Source: Candidatus Kerfeldbacteria bacterium
Lineage (GTDB): Bacteria; Patescibacteriota; Patescibacteriia; UBA10025; JAHIVO01
NCBI GenBank assembly: GCA_016214565.1
Contig: JACROE010000002.1
Location: 920,007 to 984,006, forward strand
DNA length: 64,000 bases
Reading direction: 5' to 3'
The position numbers and the translations under genes were made by a program. The notes below the pieces were generated by a model. It was not told where the DNA came from. It saw nothing but the letters and a program-made list of their open reading frames with translations, and did not search any database. This document shows, one piece after another, positions 57,970 through 64,000 of this stretch; the stretch's first letter is position 1; each line of letters begins with the position of its first letter.

Positions 57970-59373
57970 TTACTTAACGTTTAATTTCGGTCCTTCAGGA
58001 TGGAGAAATACTGATTTATCCGTGGTTCGAATAAGGTTTTTCCACTTCAAGCCAAGCGTTTCCATGACTTCAGGTGAGGCAATCCCGCGCCGCTGACCAT
58101 TAGAAATGTAGTAGACACCATTTGAGCCGGGAGACGTAACTAATTCACCGTCCTTAAAAAGAATTGGGTCACCCGCCGCGTATTCACGGATGGTGGCCTC
58201 TTCAACGATGACAGGACGTCGGGTAGGAAATCGATTTTGTAAAATTTCACGGGACACAATGGCATGTCTAATACCATTTTCGACATATGTAATACCACCG
58301 GACTCCTTTGACTGCAATAATACGCCAGTCGGGTAAATACTTTGCATATTAATATTCTGACCCCGGGTGTACGACGTCAGGTCTCCTTCAGGCGCATTTA
58401 CAACTTCCTCTGGGTTAAAACCAATTTTTCGAAACACGTCGGGCGATTCGATGTATCGTTTAAGATCTCCATCAATCAACCAAACTCTGCCCGTATTCTG
58501 TGATCGTATCAGAGAATAGTTTGCAAATTTAATTGGCTCTCCATTGGGATACAGTTCAAGCGTGGTACGAGAGACAATAATAATGCGCGTCGGATCAAAA
58601 CGCGAAACGAGCGCCGATCGATTCATGATAGGGCGTTTTTTACCACTCTGAATAAAGTATACTCCTTGTTCACCCTGCGCTTGAAGCAAGGAACCGTCAG
58701 GATAAACCTTTGTAAACCATTCGTTAAAGAAACGCCACACATTATAATTACCGTTGTAGACGTGAGGGGTATAGGTGTAGAGTCCGGCAGTTGCTTTATT
58801 GACAGGGGTAACTAAATATCCATCTCCGGTTCTTTTGGTGATGCCGGGACCCCAGCCGGTAAATGTGTACCCCCGTGATTCAATATCGGGTAAATAGCTT
58901 TCACGGAAACGGCGAGCTGCCCAATTAACTTGGCTAAAAAATCCTTTGTATTTTATAACGGCCGGGTCGGTTACTGAGCAGCTGTCACACACTCCAAAAC
59001 CCGTCGCCCAGTCGAGCTGACGCTGCGTGGGACTGGCAGTGGTAATGAGGCTTTGCTCTACTTGCATCCGGACAATGAGATACTGTGGATTGATGCGCCA
59101 GTAGCGTGCTGCATCGTAAATAATTTGTGCGGCAGATTTTTGTGCTCCAGCTACGTCTGTCGTGGCATAACGGGCTAAGCCACTACCTTTTAATTCAAGA
59201 AAACGCTGAATTTGACTGACGGTCATGGTAAGCGAATTTTCCAACTCATTGTCCGTCAGTATCATGTTGTAATTGAAGGTTGCAGCAAAGGCGGCCTGGG
59301 GTAGGCTCAAGAGTGGGGTAAGCACTAGCATAAAGGCTAGCGCTATGATGAGACGCGGTGTGCGTTTTTTCAT
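57970..59373 (-). CDS. Secreted cell-wall protein with a putative lysozyme-like N-terminal domain and four C-terminal repeats
   Basis: INPQYLIVRMQVEQSL and ATAGLYTYTP; repeats of (D/N)GxLx...VYxIxxGx(K/R)RxI. Confidence 0.7.
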   Translation of the reverse strand: MKKRTPRLIIALAFMLVLTPLLSLPQAAFAATFNYNMILTDNELENSLTMTVSQIQRFLELKGSGLARYATTDVAGAQKSAAQIIYDAARYWRINPQYLIVRMQVEQSLITTASPTQRQLDWATGFGVCDSCSVTDPAVIKYKGFFSQVNWAARRFRESYLPDIESRGYTFTGWGPGITKRTGDGYLVTPVNKATAGLYTYTPHVYNGNYNVWRFFNEWFTKVYPDGSLLQAQGEQGVYFIQSGKKRPIMNRSALVSRFDPTRIIIVSRTTLELYPNGEPIKFANYSLIRSQNTGRVWLIDGDLKRYIESPDVFRKIGFNPEEVVNAPEGDLTSYTRGQNINMQSIYPTGVLLQSKESGGITYVENGIRHAIVSREILQNRFPTRRPVIVEEATIREYAAGDPILFKDGELVTSPGSNGVYYISNGQRRGIASPEVMETLGLKWKNLIRTTDKSVFLHPEGPKLNVK

Positions 59374-59459
59374 AGTTTTGAAATTTTATTCTAGCATATT
59401 TTTTAATGCCTGGGAAGCCCTATCGGTGTCTTTAAAAAAAGGTGTATACTTAGTACCAT

Positions 59460-60206
59460 ATGAGGTTTTCAATACTAGGTGTTCCCGTGGACAATCTAAC
59501 CGTCGTCGAGCTCAAAGAGCGAGTTCGACAATTAGGCGACGACCGGCTGCCGCATCATATTGTTACGGTAAATCCGGAATTTATTATGGCAGCCCAGCAT
59601 GATACTGAATTTCGCTCGATATTAAATCGGGCGGATTTATCCGTTGCTGATGGATTTGGCATTTCTTTGGCTGCACGACGCCTCGGTCAGCGGTTACAAG
59701 GGCGATGGACCGGTGTCGATATGATGATTTTTTTGTGCGAATTAGCAGCGTCGCAAAATCGTTCAGTGTTTCTTTTGGGAGCACAGCCGGGAGTGGCAGA
59801 AAAAACAGCGGCGGAACTTCATCGCCGTTTTCCGGGACTTCACATTGTTGGTGCTGAATCGGGATTTCGACACTGGCATCGGCCATTTCCACTCGAAAAA
59901 ATAATTGATCAGATCAATCGGAAAAGACCTGATTATTTGTTTGTGGCCTTTGGTCAGGTTAAGCAGGAAAAATGGATATACCAAGCCCTCCCCAAATTAA
60001 ACAGTGTCAAAATAGCGGTTGGCGTAGGCGGTGCTTTTGATTATGTATCTGGGAAAATACGTCGCGCACCGCGTTGGATGCGGGCGGTTGGCTTAGAGTG
60101 GTTGTTCCGACTTTTCCGACAGCCGTGGCGGGCATCTCGAATTTTTACTGCTGTTGTGCGCTTTGGTCTCACTGTGTTACGATCAGCGCATCATCATTCA
60201 TCTTAG
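59460..60206 (+). CDS. WecB/TagA/CpsF glycosyltransferase
   Basis: TVNPE, ADG, GVD, KQEKW, GVGGAFD and GLEWLFRL motifs. Confidence 0.93.
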   Translation: MRFSILGVPVDNLTVVELKERVRQLGDDRLPHHIVTVNPEFIMAAQHDTEFRSILNRADLSVADGFGISLAARRLGQRLQGRWTGVDMMIFLCELAASQNRSVFLLGAQPGVAEKTAAELHRRFPGLHIVGAESGFRHWHRPFPLEKIIDQINRKRPDYLFVAFGQVKQEKWIYQALPKLNSVKIAVGVGGAFDYVSGKIRRAPRWMRAVGLEWLFRLFRQPWRASRIFTAVVRFGLTVLRSAHHHSS

Positions 60207-60211
60207 TTTTT

Positions 60212-61921
60212 ATGTACCGTCGAACCATCGTCGTAAGCCTCGCAATACTCCTCACATTATTTGTGGTGACACATAGTGTGCAGGCAGAGCAGATTTCATC
60301 ATTTGAGGTAAATATTTCAATCGAGCCATCCAGCGTTATGATGGTCACCGAAAAGATTACGTATGATTTTGGCGATGGGCAGCGACATGGAATTTTTCGT
60401 GATATTCCGTATGCCTACTCTCGCTCGGGAAATGCATACAAATTGCGATTGGCCATAGTGAGCGTGACTGATGAATTGGGACAGTCTGAGCCGTATGCAT
60501 TGAGCCGAAGTGGAGGTATGCTCCATATTAAGATTGGTGATCCCGAGACACTGGTGAGCGGGGAACAGACATATCAAATTTCGTATACTGTTGAACGAGC
60601 CATTAATTATTTCGGTGATCATGATGAGCTGTATTGGAATGTGACTGGCAACGATTGGCCAGTCGGGATTGAGGCTGCTGTGGCACGCATTACGCTTTCT
60701 CGGGGTTTAACCGATGATCAACGATTAACTCAGTGCTTTACCGGACCAATCAATAGCACTGAGTCAAACTGCCATAGCATATTTTTCGATGAGTATACGG
60801 CAGTATACACCAGCGACACGCTATTGAGCCCCTATGAAGGATTAACAATTGTTCTGGGGTGGCCGGGCGGCATTACTACGCCGCCGACAACAGCGCAGCG
60901 TCTGATTTGGTTTGTGCAGGATAATTGGGCAGTAGCTATTCCCATCATTGTGTTAATTGGTATGTATACTGTGTGGTATCGCCGTGGCCGCGATCCGCTT
61001 GGTCAAAAAACGATTATACCTCAATATGAAGCACCTGATCGTTTGTCAGCCGGCTTAGTCGGTACTATTGTAGACGAAAAAGCTCAACTAAGAGACATAT
61101 CAGCTGCATTGATTCAATTGGCAGTCAAGGGATATCTTAAGATTATTCGCCACGAAGACAAGAAATTTATCGGCACTAACGTTGATTATGAATTTGTGCG
61201 GTTACGCATTCCCGATTCGACCTTAGGTCAATATGAACAGGATATACTTAATGCTTTATTTGCTGAGGGGACGCAGCGTCGACTTAAAGATTTAAAAAAT
61301 AAGTTTTATCGCGATTTACCAAAAATTAAAAAGTCGATGTATGCACAACTGACAACTGAAGGATATTTCCCGGCGAGTCCCGATAATGTCCGCAATGTAT
61401 ACAGTGGTATCGCTGGGTTAATTGTCGTCATTGGTTTTAGCATTATTTTCTTTAATAGCGCAGTGGCTGGTATTATGACCGCCATCTCCGGCGTTATCGC
61501 ATTGTTTGTCGCTCAGCACATGCCGCGAAAAACTAAAAAAGGTGTACAAGCCTTCGAGCATATTCAGGGACTTACGTGGTTTCTCAAAGTGACTGAAAAA
61601 GAACGATTGAAATTTCACAATGCGCCAGAGCGTTCTCCTAAGCAATTTGAATCGCTCTTACCCTATGCCATGGCACTCGGGGTAGAAACGCAATGGGCTA
61701 ACCAATTTGCTGATTTGTACGTAACTCCGCCAGAGTGGTATAGCGGCGGTCCAACTAACCATTTTAGTGCTTTATTTTTAATTGGAAGTTTGCAATCCAT
61801 GTCGAGCGATTTTCGTTCTGTAGCGGTCAGCCGGCCATCAAGTGCTGGCTCGGGCGGTTCTGGCTTTGGAGGTGGTTTTTCAGGTGGCGGTTTTGGCGGC
61901 GGCGGGGGAGGCAGCTGGTAA
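60212..61921 (+). CDS. DUF2207 family membrane protein
   Basis: HGIFRDIP, ELYWN, LPYAMALG and a terminal GGGGGGSW. Confidence 0.9.
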   Translation: MYRRTIVVSLAILLTLFVVTHSVQAEQISSFEVNISIEPSSVMMVTEKITYDFGDGQRHGIFRDIPYAYSRSGNAYKLRLAIVSVTDELGQSEPYALSRSGGMLHIKIGDPETLVSGEQTYQISYTVERAINYFGDHDELYWNVTGNDWPVGIEAAVARITLSRGLTDDQRLTQCFTGPINSTESNCHSIFFDEYTAVYTSDTLLSPYEGLTIVLGWPGGITTPPTTAQRLIWFVQDNWAVAIPIIVLIGMYTVWYRRGRDPLGQKTIIPQYEAPDRLSAGLVGTIVDEKAQLRDISAALIQLAVKGYLKIIRHEDKKFIGTNVDYEFVRLRIPDSTLGQYEQDILNALFAEGTQRRLKDLKNKFYRDLPKIKKSMYAQLTTEGYFPASPDNVRNVYSGIAGLIVVIGFSIIFFNSAVAGIMTAISGVIALFVAQHMPRKTKKGVQAFEHIQGLTWFLKVTEKERLKFHNAPERSPKQFESLLPYAMALGVETQWANQFADLYVTPPEWYSGGPTNHFSALFLIGSLQSMSSDFRSVAVSRPSSAGSGGSGFGGGFSGGGFGGGGGGSW

Positions 61922-61952
61922 TTATTTTTGGCTAACTATTCAATACCCCTCC

Positions 61953-61981
61953 TTGACAGGCGGGGTATTTTGATTTATTAT
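61953..61981 (+). promoter_or_regulatory. Sigma70 promoter whose -35 box sits in the loop of a terminator-like hairpin
   Basis: TTGACA-17bp-TATTAT; AATACCCC/GGGGTATT stem. Confidence 0.55.
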
Positions 61982-62076
61982 ACTTGGCTGGATGATGGTT
62001 CTTTGACTCTTTAGACAAGCGACTGATACTCAAGGGCCATATTGGCCGAATTGATTAATTATTAATCGAAACGGCC

Positions 62077-62274
62077 ATGGATTTTTCCCCTGAGTTCATG
62101 GTCGCGTTTGGAGGTATTCTCCTTCTTTTTTCGCTTCGGCGAAATCGACGGTCAGCTCCGACGCGACGACGTGGCATGGTCGCACTCTCGGCACTCCTGG
62201 TGGAGACATTGATACTCTTCGTGGGTATCGCTTCATTTGTGCTGGGTGTTGTTTCACTCATGCCTCGTTTATAA
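62077..62274 (+). CDS. Small two-TM membrane protein
   Basis: Two hydrophobic helices with an Arg-rich loop; own promoter and terminator. Confidence 0.55.
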   Translation: MDFSPEFMVAFGGILLLFSLRRNRRSAPTRRRGMVALSALLVETLILFVGIASFVLGVVSLMPRL

Positions 62275-62279
62275 AGTTT

Positions 62280-62318
62280 AGCCGGCATTCACTTTTGTGA
62301 ATTGCCGGCTTTCTTTTT
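62280..62318 (+). terminator. Intrinsic terminator
   Basis: AGCCGGCA-TTCAC / GTGAA-TGCCGGCT followed by a T-tract. Confidence 0.8.
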
Positions 62319-62361
62319 CCCCTGAGTTGTCAAATAGTCACCACTCTAGTAGCATATAGAT

Positions 62362-62832
62362 ATGCTCGACATTCTCATAATTTCAGTAGGGACTATCAAA
62401 GAACCCTTCTGGCAGAAAGCCATTGAGGAGTATTTGAAGCGGCTGCGAAGCCATGCTCGGATTAGCGTGATTGAGGTGCCCGAAGAGCGCATTTCATCGG
62501 TGGCTGACCGCGAGCGCATTCTCAAGATTGAAGCAGAAGGTATACTGACAAAAATACCCAAGGACACCTTTGTTGTTGCGCTTGATCGGGCAGGGAAAAT
62601 GTTTAATTCAAGGGAATGGGCCGATCAGCTGAATATCTGGTCTCGGTTTGGCAAGCGGCTAACGTTTATTATCGGTGGACCGCTTGGACTAGCGCCGAGT
62701 GTGCTAGAAAAATCAGCCGTAACGTTATCGCTGGCAAAAATGACATTTACGCACCAGATGTCCCGCGTTATTTTGCTTGAGCAAATTTACCGCGCGAGCA
62801 TGATTTCAAGCGGTGGCCAGTATCATTATTAA
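62362..62832 (+). CDS. rlmH: 23S rRNA pseudouridine-1915 N3-methyltransferase
   Basis: FIIGGPLG and MTFTHQMSRVILLEQIYRA...YH motifs. Confidence 0.95.
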   Translation: MLDILIISVGTIKEPFWQKAIEEYLKRLRSHARISVIEVPEERISSVADRERILKIEAEGILTKIPKDTFVVALDRAGKMFNSREWADQLNIWSRFGKRLTFIIGGPLGLAPSVLEKSAVTLSLAKMTFTHQMSRVILLEQIYRASMISSGGQYHY

Positions 62833-62841
62833 TTGTATAGT

Positions 62842-63777
62842 ATGAATCAGGTTGCTACTATTCTGATCATGTTCGCTGCATTTCTGTGGAGTACCGATGC
62901 ACTGCTGCGACTACCTTTGACCGAGCATCTCTCAAGTCAAGTTATTGTTTTTTATGAACATCTGTTTGGGGTGGTGCTTTTGCTACCAGTTTTATTATTT
63001 AGTTTAAGAAAGTATCGGAATCTGTCACGGCGCGATTGGGTAGCGATTTTGTTTATTGGCATTGGTGGGTCCGCCTTAGCTACCGTTTTGTTTACTCAAT
63101 CTTTTAATTATGTTTCTCCGTCAGTAAGCATTTTATTACAAAAAGTTCAACCAATTATTGTTATTATATTAGCAGCGGCATTTCTTCGTGAACGAATGGG
63201 AAAATTTTTTTGGCTTTGGGCTGGATTAGCCATGGTTGGTGCGTACGTAATTTCCTTTCCTCGTCTTGTACCTGATTGGTCATTATCAGATTCTCGTGGA
63301 ATTTATTTAGCGCTGGGAGCGGCTGGACTGTGGGCCGCATCCACGGTAGCAGGGCGAATGATTGCTACTCGGCTCAGCTTTCCTGCACTTACCGCTATTC
63401 GGTTATTAACTGCTTTGGTTTTTTTAATCCTACTTATGAATTTTAATCACTCTTTTGGAGATATTGGCTCATTGCAGAAAACAGACGTTTGGTCGCTTAT
63501 TTTGATAACTTTATTTCCCGGTACAGGCGCGTTGCTATTATATTACTGGGGTTTACGACACATTCGTGCGTCGGTAGCAACCATTGCTGAATTATTTTTT
63601 CCGTTTTCAGCTGTTGTTCTTAATTGGATATATTTAGACGAGCGGTTAAGCCTGGCCCAGATAGCCGGAGGGGTTGTGCTGGTAATTTCAATTTTTATGG
63701 TACAGCGATCAAGTCGTCATGCTTATTCCGTATCAACCTCGGCTAACGACAATTCTCAGAAAGTATTGCCCGTATGA
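62842..63777 (+). CDS. DMT/EamA family transporter
   Basis: Ten TM segments; LLQKVQP and ATIAEL motifs. Confidence 0.88.
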   Translation: MNQVATILIMFAAFLWSTDALLRLPLTEHLSSQVIVFYEHLFGVVLLLPVLLFSLRKYRNLSRRDWVAILFIGIGGSALATVLFTQSFNYVSPSVSILLQKVQPIIVIILAAAFLRERMGKFFWLWAGLAMVGAYVISFPRLVPDWSLSDSRGIYLALGAAGLWAASTVAGRMIATRLSFPALTAIRLLTALVFLILLMNFNHSFGDIGSLQKTDVWSLILITLFPGTGALLLYYWGLRHIRASVATIAELFFPFSAVVLNWIYLDERLSLAQIAGGVVLVISIFMVQRSSRHAYSVSTSANDNSQKVLPV

Positions 63778-63814
63778 TTAAGGGTGCATTTGGTTTTTTG
63801 CGATATTCATTTAT

Positions 63815-64000
63815 ATGAATGTGTTTTTAAAATTATTTTTAATAATTCTCATATTAGCGAGCCTTGGGGGTGCCGTTCTCTTAATTTACCAAGGCCAACC
63901 TTTGCCGCTCCTTAATCGGGTTATCACGATACCATTTTTGGAGAAGGATCCGGAGCGTATATTAAGCGAATCAATTCGATTGCTAGAAGAAGCAACTACA
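63815..64000 (+). CDS. Partial CDS with an N-terminal membrane anchor, running off the window
   Basis: MNVFLKLFLIILILASLGGAVLLIY...; frame open to the end. Confidence 0.6.
   Translation, partial: MNVFLKLFLIILILASLGGAVLLIYQGQPLPLLNRVITIPFLEKDPERILSESIRLLEEATT

Noticed and set aside
61985-62050. Fluoride or SAM riboswitch
   Set aside because: Only superficial GATGG/CTGAT similarity; the consensus pseudoknot is absent and the downstream gene does not fit
1-64000. Alternative genetic code (UGA as Gly)
   Set aside because: Conserved genes are full length under code 11 and several end at TGA, for example ftsX and dinB

Overview
A gene-dense 64-kb chromosomal segment read with genetic code 11, with no phage, IS, integrase, rRNA or CRISPR signal. 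The gene content suggests a Patescibacteria/CPR genome (Parcubacteria-like); this is an inference from the minor-pilin cluster, ECF sigma/anti-sigma pairs, CxxC-x17-CxxC protein, non-oxidative pentose phosphate operon, degenerate PriA, minimal group-3b-type NiFe hydrogenase and sparse Shine-Dalgarno sites. Recognisable genes include greA, dinB, ftsEX, nrdAB, rpiB-rpe-tal-tkt, def/fmt, priA and rlmH, plus three tRNAs (Thr-CGT, Gly-CCC, Gln-TTG). The most notable observations are: (1) the ECF-type promoter in front of a sigma gene (TGTAACG-N13-AACGATATA) recurs inside its downstream anti-sigma gene, just upstream of an in-frame signal-peptide-like start; (2) a two-subunit hydrogenase with a truncated small subunit faces a DUF6390-like/maturation-protease operon; (3) NrdB carries Chlamydia-type class Ic substitutions and nrdA has NrdR/DnaA boxes and a structured leader; (4) a compact region at 23.2-23.7 kb holds a leaderless peptide with a terminator, three REP-like repeats and a direct-repeat operator ahead of a split DinB cassette. 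All family assignments come from motif recognition by eye, not database searches.
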